The notes under the pieces were generated by a model, which worked only from the letters and a program-made list of their open reading frames with translations, was not told the origin of the DNA and ran no database searches. The translations under genes were made by a program, and so were the position numbers. Shown here in pieces: positions 17,257 through 26,990 of a stretch of 64,000 bases of DNA. Within the stretch, counting starts at the first letter, position 1; the number at the start of each line of letters is the position of its first letter. The stretch is from the IMG/VR virus record IMGVR_UViG_3300021964_000012, positions 186,001-250,000 of that record; one strand, 5' to 3'.

Positions 17257-17484
17257 TTATCGTAAATTTGGGTTGTTTGACATTTTCAACTCTATAAACG
17301 TTTTGAATGCTAGGTCAGGTACGTAAAACCAAACTTTTCTTGGTTCATATAACCAACCTGGATGTTTGAATTTTTTACGTATTCCACGTTGACCTTTCCA
17401 GTCATTTCCAAACCAACGTTTGAGTTCTCGTATAATATCATACCATTCATCTATGGTTTGTAAAGAAATATAAATTTTATGCAT
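17257..17484 (-). CDS. Hypothetical protein
   Basis: 75-aa ORF translationally coupled to the ligase. Confidence 0.55.
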   Translation of the reverse strand: MHKIYISLQTIDEWYDIIRELKRWFGNDWKGQRGIRKKFKHPGWLYEPRKVWFYVPDLAFKTFIELKMSNNPNLR

Positions 17485-18869
17485 TAGATTTTCTCGCCTG
17501 CTTCAAATCCTCTAAATCTTTCAAATCTTGGAAATCTCAAACTGTATGTTCCGTCTTGATTCTGAGTAACTGCGTCTGCCTTTACTTCAACAACATAACC
17601 AACTAGACTATCTTTTCTAGTCCAAAAATCATCCCTATCACTATCAGACAAGCCGCTTCCAACGTTAACACGTATGGTGCGATTGTCGTCAACACCTTCG
17701 CATACAAGAGCTCCCAAACGTCCGGCATTTCTTCCTGTTCCTTCTTCAATGTCAATTACCTCCAAGTCTACTGTTATAACTGGCTTCCACTTCATCCAAA
17801 ATGTACTACGTCTACATTCGTATGGAGCATCAAGTTTCTTAATCATAATGCCTTCGTATCCTTCAGCAACACAGTCATTTGCATACTTTGCCATAAATTC
17901 GTGTGCTTCAGGTTCGTCTAGGTTAATTTGCTTACCTTTAACCATAACAACATTTTGCATTTGTACTCTATTTACTATACTTTCTAATGCAAGTAGTCTA
18001 TCAATTTGACTTGTGTTACTAAAGCCACGTTTGAAATCCTCTAGGTGCATAAAATCAAACACATTAAACACACTGTCAGTTGCAGTATGGTCTTTTTTAG
18101 TAGCACCTCTCATAAGTTCTTGAAAGCTCTTGCCAGTAATCTCACCATCAATTACAATATCATCAGTATCGTGTGATCTAAATGTGTCTGCTATCTTAGC
18201 AAGTTCTTGTGCAATGTGTGGGAAATTTTCAAACTCTTTACCGTTTCTACTGTACAAGTTTACAGTACCATTTGCATGGATGATTGCAATAGTTCTCACA
18301 CCATCTAACTTTGGCTCAATCATAACTTCACCAGCAAGTTTCTTAGGATGTCCTTTTGAGTCTGTTGCTAGTTGTACTTCAAACACAGGAATCTTCCATT
18401 CTGTTTTGCCAACGATTTTGTTAAGTGTTTTACTTGTGATACCACAACGTAAATCTTTTATAAGCACACGTCTAGCAAGTAGATTCCATTGATCACTGTC
18501 AAACTTTTCACTCATTAGTTCTACTGCTTCTCTGGCAGCATTACCTGTAATAGTTCTTGTACGTAAACTTTCACATAATCCCCAAAAAGATACCCATGGA
18601 TTTTCTCTGTGTTCATAGCCAGATGTTTCAGCAACTTGTTTTATGTTATACATGAAGTATGGATTATATGCTAGGTAGCAGTTGTACAAAAAGCACTCTG
18701 CACTATGACTACCAAGTCTAGCCGCCACAAGTGCTTTTTCAATTACACCTTCTTTGTGTAAGCGACTATTGCTTTCCTCGAGATCTTGTATCCAATCGCA
18801 AGCCACTTGTAATCCATTATAATTTTTTGAAGTATATTTTATTTTGTTTAGCACGAGTGATGTCTCCAT
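17484..18869 (-). CDS. ATP-dependent DNA ligase
   Basis: Motif I EPKLDGVR, IDGEI, EGIMIK, MKWKP and an OB domain (SLRFPRF). Confidence 0.95.
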   Translation of the reverse strand: METSLVLNKIKYTSKNYNGLQVACDWIQDLEESNSRLHKEGVIEKALVAARLGSHSAECFLYNCYLAYNPYFMYNIKQVAETSGYEHRENPWVSFWGLCESLRTRTITGNAAREAVELMSEKFDSDQWNLLARRVLIKDLRCGITSKTLNKIVGKTEWKIPVFEVQLATDSKGHPKKLAGEVMIEPKLDGVRTIAIIHANGTVNLYSRNGKEFENFPHIAQELAKIADTFRSHDTDDIVIDGEITGKSFQELMRGATKKDHTATDSVFNVFDFMHLEDFKRGFSNTSQIDRLLALESIVNRVQMQNVVMVKGKQINLDEPEAHEFMAKYANDCVAEGYEGIMIKKLDAPYECRRSTFWMKWKPVITVDLEVIDIEEGTGRNAGRLGALVCEGVDDNRTIRVNVGSGLSDSDRDDFWTRKDSLVGYVVEVKADAVTQNQDGTYSLRFPRFERFRGFEAGEKI

Positions 18870-18891
18870 TTCTGTTACATATCATACTATT

Positions 18892-18920
18892 AATATACAA
18901 CAAGAATGGAAGTTTGTCAA
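18892..18920 (-). promoter_or_regulatory. sigma70-type promoter of the ligase operon
   Basis: TTGACA-17-TATATT on the minus strand. Confidence 0.65.
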
Positions 18921-18921
18921 C

Positions 18922-21045
18922 CTAATTTCTAATTATAATTGCATCTGCTTCTGCAACTGTATATGTTCCACTTAACAACGAACCTGGATTACTTGGTGGT
19001 GTTGTTGGAATAGGACCATCTTGCACTATATTTGCTTCGGCTAACTTATCAATGTTTCTTGCTTCTCTCATTGCGGCTACACTTGCTTGGCCACCTGTGC
19101 TATCAAAATTCATAACACGTTCTAAAAGTTCACCAGTACCGCCAGCTGATGTATCAAGGCCATAATTTGGTAAATTTGCTGCCAATTGAACTGCGTTATT
19201 TGTATTTGTAGGCACAACATCAAGATCCAGATCAATTTTTGCACGAATTAATTTTTCTCTGGCCTGTTGTTCTTGTAATCTTTTAAAGTTTGCTTGTATT
19301 GTTTGTGCCTGCGGATGAGCATTATAAAAGTCTTGCATCAATTGTTGTGCGGCAGCTATTATACCATTCCAACAATCTTCTTGAGTTGCATAAGTTCCTT
19401 CACCATAAACGCCTGCTGGTATAACATATGGTGTGGTTGCTGGAGCAGTGGGATCATAAGCACCTGCTATAAAATAATCCATCACAATTAAAATGCCAGT
19501 ATTAGAACTAGATGAACCATTATCCGCATAGAACACATTCATTGCACCACTGTCAATTAGTTCCTGCATTAGTATCTGGTTCTGTTGTAGAGGAGCAAAA
19601 CTATTATATCCTGCAGCATATCCAATCACATCACTTACACTAAAAGTTCCATCTGGCCCTGTGGCTAATTGTATGTTACTTTCTGTTCCATAAGTGGTTT
19701 TCCAATAATTTACTACATCGTCTGAAACATATTGTGTTTGGTTTTGTACTAATGGCAAATCTTTGTTTACTTCAAGAGTATTAACTGCGGTTGTTAAATC
19801 ATCTGTATTGGTCTTTTCGATTCCTTTGATTTGACCAAAACTTCTTGCCAATGCTCCATTTGCAATAGCAAGATCTTCTGGCAAAGCACCTAATAAATTA
19901 TTACCTAAGCTGGCAAATTCTTCATTAACTGCACCGTTTGCAGTGTATATTGCTCTATTTCCAACACTCGAAGTCCTTAATGGTGCAGTCAGTGTCGATG
20001 AACTTGTTGGAAAAAGTTTTTGCGGATTCATAAAATCTGTACCATCGACAATGGTAGGTTGTGTATTTTTTAGTATGCCTTTTACTTCAGAAACTTCTGT
20101 GGTTGTTAAGTCCCCAAACGCATCGTAAATTTGTCCTTGAACATTATTTGGTAAAGAAGGGCCTATTTGTGCAATATCACTTGCACTTATGCCAAGATTA
20201 CCAACAGTGAGTCCACCTGTGTTATTTGCTATAGCATTTGTAACACTGCTTAGTGATCCACCAAGAGAACTTGCGACTCTTGGATCTACTTTAATATTTG
20301 CTACTTTTTCGTACATTGGTCCGAGATTACCAGCAACATCCATGTTCTTTAAAAGTTGCCCTGGTGATCCAAGATTGCTTATACTATCAAAATCAACTGT
20401 GCTTCCTAACTTACCAAGATCTGTTCCAAAATCTGGTAAAGCATTTGTAATACCGCTCAACCCACCTGAACTAATTGCGTCCATTCCTGGAAAGGTCCCA
20501 CCAGCAAAACTACCTGCGGCATTTGTTGCGGCGGCTATCATTTGATTCGAACTTCCTACAAATCCTTCAGCTGCACCGAGTACACTTCCAAATTTGCTTG
20601 CGTTACCAACAATATTTCCAGCACTTACACTACCGCCCATGACTTTAGCGGCATTATTAAGTCCAGTTGGAAGTACATTAGATATTCCACTGCTGGCACC
20701 CATAACTGACAGTGCATCTCCAGAAAATACATCAAAACCTGCACTAAACACATTATCGCCAAGTCCACTGGCCATGTTGCTAAAACTTTGTTGATAGCTT
20801 GCAGGTAGGCTACTGGTAATTCCTGATACAGTACTGGTCACAGCCGCCATGTTAGGCAAACTTTGCACTGCACTCTGTACATTGGTTAAACCAGCCATGG
20901 TTGGAGAACCAGCCAGTCCAGTTGTTGCATCTGTGATATTAAGTGGAGCTCCACTAATTGATTCTAAAGGATTGCCGCCAACGTTTCCTGCGAGTCCAGC
21001 ACCAGCGGTTAAAACTGTTGCGGTAATTGCACCACCACAAGCCAT
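18922..21045 (-). CDS. Gly/Ala/Ser-rich putative tail/baseplate protein
   Basis: Composition, and position immediately downstream of the PAAR gene. Confidence 0.45.
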   Translation of the reverse strand: MACGGAITATVLTAGAGLAGNVGGNPLESISGAPLNITDATTGLAGSPTMAGLTNVQSAVQSLPNMAAVTSTVSGITSSLPASYQQSFSNMASGLGDNVFSAGFDVFSGDALSVMGASSGISNVLPTGLNNAAKVMGGSVSAGNIVGNASKFGSVLGAAEGFVGSSNQMIAAATNAAGSFAGGTFPGMDAISSGGLSGITNALPDFGTDLGKLGSTVDFDSISNLGSPGQLLKNMDVAGNLGPMYEKVANIKVDPRVASSLGGSLSSVTNAIANNTGGLTVGNLGISASDIAQIGPSLPNNVQGQIYDAFGDLTTTEVSEVKGILKNTQPTIVDGTDFMNPQKLFPTSSSTLTAPLRTSSVGNRAIYTANGAVNEEFASLGNNLLGALPEDLAIANGALARSFGQIKGIEKTNTDDLTTAVNTLEVNKDLPLVQNQTQYVSDDVVNYWKTTYGTESNIQLATGPDGTFSVSDVIGYAAGYNSFAPLQQNQILMQELIDSGAMNVFYADNGSSSSNTGILIVMDYFIAGAYDPTAPATTPYVIPAGVYGEGTYATQEDCWNGIIAAAQQLMQDFYNAHPQAQTIQANFKRLQEQQAREKLIRAKIDLDLDVVPTNTNNAVQLAANLPNYGLDTSAGGTGELLERVMNFDSTGGQASVAAMREARNIDKLAEANIVQDGPIPTTPPSNPGSLLSGTYTVAEADAIIIRN

Positions 21046-21046
21046 A

Positions 21047-21340
21047 CTAACCTCTTGGGATTATAACGTCGGTACTGCCAGTTGCTCTTGTATGAGCACA
21101 AGTATCTGGAGAACCAACGTAGTTGATTGGTTTGTTTTCTGCAAGAACACTCATTGATCCAAGTGTTGTGCTTGCTGCACAATGTATAGAACATCCAGGA
21201 GCACCACAACAAGGATGCGGAGTTACGTTTGTTCCTGTCAGACAAGCAGGCCTTCCATTAATAATTACTGACAAGGCACCTGTACCAACTGCGGCCCCGC
21301 CTGCTGAGTTTACATCGCCAATTCTAACTGCTCCTGGCAT
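21047..21340 (-). CDS. PAAR-motif spike-tip protein
   Basis: AVRIGD, VIINGRPAC.TG, H-C/H metal ligands, VLAENKPI..VG and CAH.RATGS. Confidence 0.9.
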   Translation of the reverse strand: MPGAVRIGDVNSAGGAAVGTGALSVIINGRPACLTGTNVTPHPCCGAPGCSIHCAASTTLGSMSVLAENKPINYVGSPDTCAHTRATGSTDVIIPRG

Positions 21341-21342
21341 CT

Positions 21343-21639
21343 CTATCCTTTTAATATTCCTTTTGGTGCGGTTACAAGTCCAGTAACCGCTTGAATATAA
21401 CTTGAAACAACATCTTTATTTGTTTCAGTGTACATTGTAATGTTATTTGTATTTATGGTCACATTTTTTGTCTCGTCTGCACTCATCATTGCAGGCAAAA
21501 GTTGTACACCTTGTTGTGTGGGTATTAAAGTAAATGGATTAGCAATAATTGTTTCATTGCTATCTGAGCTAACAATCTTGCATATAATTTCACTACTATC
21601 ACAAAGACGCAATGAGTAAGTTTTATTTGGTTCTAACAT
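21343..21639 (-). CDS. Small beta-rich (Sm-like) phage protein
   Basis: LRL.DSSEIICKI, I.NP, and a C-terminal Y...VTGL..P pattern seen in T4-like phages. Confidence 0.45.
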   Translation of the reverse strand: MLEPNKTYSLRLCDSSEIICKIVSSDSNETIIANPFTLIPTQQGVQLLPAMMSADETKNVTINTNNITMYTETNKDVVSSYIQAVTGLVTAPKGILKG

Positions 21640-22848
21640 TTAAAATCCTTTGTCAGTTATTGCAGTTTTTCTCTCTGGAAAATAGTCCTTTTGTATGCCC
21701 TCACGGCTTAGGTCAAGTGTAATACAATGTAATCCACCGTCCCAAAAATATCTATGACGCCACGGCACGTACACAGGTTCCATTTTGTGTTTTCTTAAGA
21801 ATGCATTTACAATTTTATTATCTGGTTGACTTACACAAACATGATGTTCGTCAAGGACAAGTACATTTACATCAAATACTGATTCTTCTACATAACCCAC
21901 CCAATCTTGTAGCCATGTTTCTACAAAGTGCGTAAACTCTTCATTATCTTCTTCGCCCGGCACCCACCACTTTCCAGAATTTTTCGTTTTCAACTCTAAG
22001 AATTTATTAACTTTGCTCCAACTTTGATCTGGTAAGTAACATATATCCCATCCAGGAAACGTTTCACTATAAGTTTGTATTTCATATAAACTAAGTATTG
22101 CACCAGGTTTGATAGTATGAAAACAAGCGTCGTTATGTCCACCAATGCTTAGTAGATTTATTCTGAAATTTGGAAACATTTTTGCAAACTGTTTACAACA
22201 ATATTCAAGCAAAATAGGATAAGTTTCACTGTAGACATCAACGTATATATCTTGTCCAACCACAGTAATTGATGGAGCAGGCATAGCAAATCCAAAAGGT
22301 ATTTCTTCTCTAAGTCTATCTAAAAGTTCATTGTGTATATCAGGTTTATCACTGAATGGTTGGTTATTGACAAATCTTCGTACATATTCTACATATGTAG
22401 GCCAATCAGGGGCATCTTCTCCTTTGTGACCATTAAAGGATGCTTCATTAATTGGAGAACGTATATGTTTAAAATTTTTATTATAATCATCAAGTGATTG
22501 TTTTATTCCAAGATGATCATGACCAGTATAAAACAGGGTATCACCAATTACTAATTGACAATCTCTTGGTTGTAACGGACTACGTGGTATTGCTGACAAT
22601 TTTCCGTCATGATCAGTATAACTCATAATAGAATCATTTTTATTCATATTAGGTCGAATAACATCACATCCAAAGTCTTTTAAAACTTTTTCAAAGCCTT
22701 CAAGATCTTCTTGTGTTTGACTGGCAATGTGTTGCAATGCTGAACGTACTTTTGTAGATTTTATATCACGGAAAAATTCTGGTGAATAGCATTCGCCAAG
22801 CATTACTGTTTGGAGTTTATCCCACTTGTTCCAGATGTTGTAATTCAT
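21640..22848 (-). CDS. Amidinotransferase (Gly/inosamine-phosphate amidinotransferase superfamily)
   Basis: QPRD, HNDACF, FDVNVL and catalytic GGLHCIT. Start moved to MNYNIW. Confidence 0.85.
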   Translation of the reverse strand: MNYNIWNKWDKLQTVMLGECYSPEFFRDIKSTKVRSALQHIASQTQEDLEGFEKVLKDFGCDVIRPNMNKNDSIMSYTDHDGKLSAIPRSPLQPRDCQLVIGDTLFYTGHDHLGIKQSLDDYNKNFKHIRSPINEASFNGHKGEDAPDWPTYVEYVRRFVNNQPFSDKPDIHNELLDRLREEIPFGFAMPAPSITVVGQDIYVDVYSETYPILLEYCCKQFAKMFPNFRINLLSIGGHNDACFHTIKPGAILSLYEIQTYSETFPGWDICYLPDQSWSKVNKFLELKTKNSGKWWVPGEEDNEEFTHFVETWLQDWVGYVEESVFDVNVLVLDEHHVCVSQPDNKIVNAFLRKHKMEPVYVPWRHRYFWDGGLHCITLDLSREGIQKDYFPERKTAITDKGF

Positions 22849-22856
22849 GCAACTAC

Positions 22857-23105
22857 TTAGTAGCCAGAACCATTCCATCCTGTATTTTCAATATACTCAA
22901 CTAAGTCGTCGTAACCACCAACAACCTTGTTGTTGATTACAATTTGTGGTGCAGTACGTGCATGAGGAGCAATCTCAAGCAACTCTTCTCTGGTTATATC
23001 TGTTCCAATTTTTGCTTCGTTAAATTGAACCTTCATTTTTCTTAGGAGACTTTTTGCCGCATCACAGTAGCCACACAAGTCTTTTGTATATACAGTCACA
23101 CTCAT
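22857..23105 (-). CDS. Glutaredoxin
   Basis: CGYC, TAPQI and VGGYDDL. Confidence 0.93.
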   Translation of the reverse strand: MSVTVYTKDLCGYCDAAKSLLRKMKVQFNEAKIGTDITREELLEIAPHARTAPQIVINNKVVGGYDDLVEYIENTGWNGSGY

Positions 23106-24226
23106 AAACTAAATCCTTTAAATGTATTGTTATCTACGTCTTGTTTTGTTCCACCGTTAACATAACTTGTAATTTCTGTTTCCTGTGGAGCCACTTGTAC
23201 ATCGCCACCAGCGATCCATTTCTGTGTCCATGGAAGTGGGTTGCTTGCACCTTTGTAACTGCTAGGAACTCCAACGGCAGTCATACGTTTATTTGCAATC
23301 CACTGTACATATTCTTTTAGTAATTGTGCATTAAGCCCTATCATTGATCCATCTCTAAACAAATAGTCTGCCCATGCACATTCTTGATCAACTGCATCTT
23401 CAAACATTTTTATCACTGTTGGTTCACACTCTTTTGCAATTTTTACAAAATCAGGATCATCTTTTGGCAACAACTTCATTAACTGTTGTGTTGAACCTAG
23501 ATGAACATTTTCATCACGTGCAATAAACTTGATAATCTTAGCATTGCCTTCCATCTTCTTAAGTTCAGCGAATGCCCAACTACAAGCAAATGAGACATAA
23601 AAACGTACACCTTCCAGTATGTTTACACTTGCTATGCAGGTCCAAAGTTTCTTTTTAAGTTCATACAAATCCACTACTACCTTTTTACCATTCACAGTGT
23701 GAGTACCTTCCCCAAGCAAGTTATAATAACTACAACTTTCGATAAGGTCATCATAGAATGCAGTAATATCATCTCCACAATCAATGATCTCTTGTATGTC
23801 CATCATTTCATCAAACACTTTACTAGGATTTGAATAAACGTTTCTAATTATGTGTGTGTAACTTTTTGAATGTATGGTTTCTGAAAATGTCCAGGTTATA
23901 ATCCAATTTTCTAGCTCAGGCAAACTAACAATAGGACCAAATGCTTCAATTGGTGCTCTACCTTGTACACTGTCTAATAGTATTTGTCTTTTTAAATTGC
24001 TTGTAAAAATATGTTTTTCGTTTGCAGTAAGCTCTTTAAAATCTTTTGCATCACGCAGTACGTCTACTTCTTCCGGACGCCAGAAAAAACCCAACTGCTT
24101 GTCAGTTAATTTGTCAAACTGACGATACTTTAATGTATCATAACGTTGTATACCTACTCCGCCGGCAGGATCTAAAAATGCTAAACTGGTCGTATGGTCT
24201 CTATTAGCAGTATTTAATACACTCAT
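23102..24226 (-). CDS. nrdB: Ribonucleotide reductase class Ia beta subunit
   Basis: FFWRPEE, LDSVQGR, ETIHSKSY, LEGVRFY and RDENVH. Start moved to MSVLN. Confidence 0.96.
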   Translation of the reverse strand: MSVLNTANRDHTTSLAFLDPAGGVGIQRYDTLKYRQFDKLTDKQLGFFWRPEEVDVLRDAKDFKELTANEKHIFTSNLKRQILLDSVQGRAPIEAFGPIVSLPELENWIITWTFSETIHSKSYTHIIRNVYSNPSKVFDEMMDIQEIIDCGDDITAFYDDLIESCSYYNLLGEGTHTVNGKKVVVDLYELKKKLWTCIASVNILEGVRFYVSFACSWAFAELKKMEGNAKIIKFIARDENVHLGSTQQLMKLLPKDDPDFVKIAKECEPTVIKMFEDAVDQECAWADYLFRDGSMIGLNAQLLKEYVQWIANKRMTAVGVPSSYKGASNPLPWTQKWIAGGDVQVAPQETEITSYVNGGTKQDVDNNTFKGFSL

Positions 24227-24234
24227 TGTTGTTC

Positions 24235-26541
24235 CTATATGGTGCAACTATCGCAAGCTTCTTCGTACATTGGCTCTTCGATAGTTATATCTTGTTGTTG
24301 TGTTTCATTCATTTTGTCTATGTCTATTTCTCCTGCACCGTCAAATGTGTTGAAGTAATAGAGTTGTTTGTGTCCATATTTATAACATAGTAATAAATGT
24401 TGTAACATGGTACTCATTGGAATCTTTTCATCTTCAAAGTGTTGAGGATTGTAACTGGTGTTTACACTTATTCCTTGATCTATATACTTTTGTAGTACTG
24501 CCATAATCTTCAAGTAACCTTCTGGTGACTTTTGATCCCACAGTAGCTCATACTTGTTTTTGTAACGTGCATATCCTGGTACAACCTGCTTCAGTACTCC
24601 GTCCTTGCTTTGTTTGATACTAACAAATGCTCTTGGTGGTTCAATACCATTTGTACTATTACTGATTTGTGCAGATGTTTCTGCTGGCATCAGTGCCATT
24701 AATGTACTATTACGTATTCCTGTTTTACGTAACTGTGTTCTTAGTCCTGTCCAATCAACTGCATCTACATGAACTACTAGTTCGTCAACATCTTTTTTAT
24801 AGGTGTCTACTGGTAATATTCCATCTGCGTATTTTGTTTCATTGTTCAGCGGACAAGCACCAAATTCTTCTGCTAGATCAGCACTGGCTTTGATAAGATA
24901 ATAACTCCAGTGTTGTGCCCAAGTATCAACCAATTTCAGTGCATCTGGATCACTGTAACTGACATCATTTTTTGCAAGAAAGTATGCAAGATTTATAATA
25001 CCAACACCAAGCGGACGTCTGCCTTCAGTGGCTAACTGTGCAGCCAATATCGGATAGTTTTGATATGAAAGCAATGCATCAAGTCCACGCACTGCAAGTG
25101 TACATGCTTTTTCCATATCCTGTGGGTTTGAAAAATTACCCCAGTTTATTGCACTCAGTGTACACAATGCTATTTCACCATCAGGATCGTTTACATCATT
25201 TAAGGCTTTGGTTGGCAAATCAATTTCACAACACAAGTTGCTTTGCTTGATAGGAGCAACCTCTGTTTTGAAACTACTGTGTTCATTGGCATGGTCGACA
25301 TTCTGTAGATATATTCTGCCTGTATCTTTGCGTTCTTGCATAAACGAACTGAAAAGTTCTATAGCACTTATTTTCTTTTTTCGTATGCTTGTTTTACGTT
25401 CTGCCGATTCGTACAATTCTTTAAACTTGTCCTGATCTTGAAAGAAAGCATCATAAAGTCCAGGAACATCGTTAGGAGAGAACAATGTGATGTCTCCGCC
25501 TGACATTAAACGTTCGTACATCAGTTTGTTAAACTGCACACCATAATCCATGTGTCTGACTCTGTTGTCTTCTGTGCCTTTGTTGTTCTTAAGTACCAAA
25601 AGGTCTTCAACTTCTAAGTGCCAAATAGGATAGTAAAGTGTAGCGGCTCCGTTACGTACTCCACCTTGACTACAACTACGTGTGGCAGCCTGAAACATTT
25701 TGTAAAATGGAACAACACCTGTATGATAAGCATCACCATTGCGTATTGGCGAACCTAAGGCTCTGATACGTCCACCGTTAATACCAATGCCTGCTTTTTG
25801 CGAAACATACTTAACAATTGAACTTGATGTTGCATTAATACTGTCCAAACTGTCATCTGCTTCAATAAGCACACAACTTGAAAACTGTCTTTGTGGTGTA
25901 CGTACACCTGCCATTACAGGAGTTGGTAGACTTATTTGATGTGTTGATATAGCATCATAGTAATCTTTTACCCAACGTAATCTTGTTTTACGATCATAGT
26001 CTTGAAAAAGAGTAGCGGCTATAAGCATGTAACACATCTGTGGTGTTTCATAGAGTGTTTTTGTAACTCTGTTTTGCACAAGATACTTACCTCTAAACTG
26101 TTCCATGGCAGCATAGGTAAGTTGTTCATCTCTATCATGCTTTATCCATCCGTTGATAGTGTTCCATTCTTCTTCGGTGTATTCTGTGAGTAGTTCTGGA
26201 TCATAGAATCCTCTTTGTACATTTTCTTTGACCAATTTGTATACATGCCATGGTTTGAATTCGCCATAAACCATTTTGTTAATATGATAACTTATAAGTC
26301 TACCTGCTACAAATTGGTAGTTAGGAGTTTCTTCCGAGATTAAATCAGCAGCACTTTTGATTAGTGTTTCTTGTATATCTGTACTGGTAATACCATCATA
26401 AAATTGCACATTACTGCTTATCTCCACTTGACTAGCACTTACGCCTGTTATGTTTTCAGTTGCCCACCAAACAACTTTGTGTAATTTATCAATATCTAAT
26501 GCTTCTTTACTTCCGTCTCGTTTGGTAACTTGAATTGTCAT
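24235..26541 (-). CDS. nrdA: Ribonucleotide reductase class Ia alpha subunit
   Basis: ATP cone (VTKRDG), FSSCVL, QSNLCCEI, MPAETS and C-terminal CDSC. No intron or intein is apparent. Confidence 0.97.
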   Translation of the reverse strand: MTIQVTKRDGSKEALDIDKLHKVVWWATENITGVSASQVEISSNVQFYDGITSTDIQETLIKSAADLISEETPNYQFVAGRLISYHINKMVYGEFKPWHVYKLVKENVQRGFYDPELLTEYTEEEWNTINGWIKHDRDEQLTYAAMEQFRGKYLVQNRVTKTLYETPQMCYMLIAATLFQDYDRKTRLRWVKDYYDAISTHQISLPTPVMAGVRTPQRQFSSCVLIEADDSLDSINATSSSIVKYVSQKAGIGINGGRIRALGSPIRNGDAYHTGVVPFYKMFQAATRSCSQGGVRNGAATLYYPIWHLEVEDLLVLKNNKGTEDNRVRHMDYGVQFNKLMYERLMSGGDITLFSPNDVPGLYDAFFQDQDKFKELYESAERKTSIRKKKISAIELFSSFMQERKDTGRIYLQNVDHANEHSSFKTEVAPIKQSNLCCEIDLPTKALNDVNDPDGEIALCTLSAINWGNFSNPQDMEKACTLAVRGLDALLSYQNYPILAAQLATEGRRPLGVGIINLAYFLAKNDVSYSDPDALKLVDTWAQHWSYYLIKASADLAEEFGACPLNNETKYADGILPVDTYKKDVDELVVHVDAVDWTGLRTQLRKTGIRNSTLMALMPAETSAQISNSTNGIEPPRAFVSIKQSKDGVLKQVVPGYARYKNKYELLWDQKSPEGYLKIMAVLQKYIDQGISVNTSYNPQHFEDEKIPMSTMLQHLLLCYKYGHKQLYYFNTFDGAGEIDIDKMNETQQQDITIEEPMYEEACDSCTI

Positions 26542-26552
26542 TTGGGGCCTTT

Positions 26553-26987
26553 CTATCTAATCTTGTGTGCAAACACAGCAGAGTCTATGTTTTTAGTTAC
26601 TTTATGTTTTTCTAACAATGTGATATTTACTACTTCATTAACGTTCCAATTCAACATATATAATCCATTGTTTACTAGGACTATATAGTCATTATTGTCA
26701 ATCTCAGATATACAAAGAACAGATATGTCTTGTCTATCTAACATGCAAATAGTATAGCACATTCCCAAACACTTTGCAAGACTACAATATGTGTTTTCGG
26801 CAATTAATTCCCAAGGATCAGGCCATTCTTTTACTAAATCAGTATGTAAATATCTCAACACCATCGGTGCTTGTTGCCACCACTCGTGTATGTTAGTTAT
26901 CACTGATTCAAGATTAGGGTTGTCTTTACATTCGTTACGCAGGTTAGCCCATGCGATTAAACGCTGTTCAGGATGGCTTTGCCACAT
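26553..26987 (-). CDS. Hypothetical protein
   Basis: RBS GAAAGG follows it for nrdA; ORF intact with WPDPWELI motif; function not recognised. Confidence 0.55.
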   Translation of the reverse strand: MWQSHPEQRLIAWANLRNECKDNPNLESVITNIHEWWQQAPMVLRYLHTDLVKEWPDPWELIAENTYCSLAKCLGMCYTICMLDRQDISVLCISEIDNNDYIVLVNNGLYMLNWNVNEVVNITLLEKHKVTKNIDSAVFAHKIR

Positions 26988-26990
26988 AAT

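Noticed and set aside
23102-26541. Introns, inteins or homing endonucleases in nrdA/nrdB
   Set aside because: Both ORFs are continuous and of normal length.
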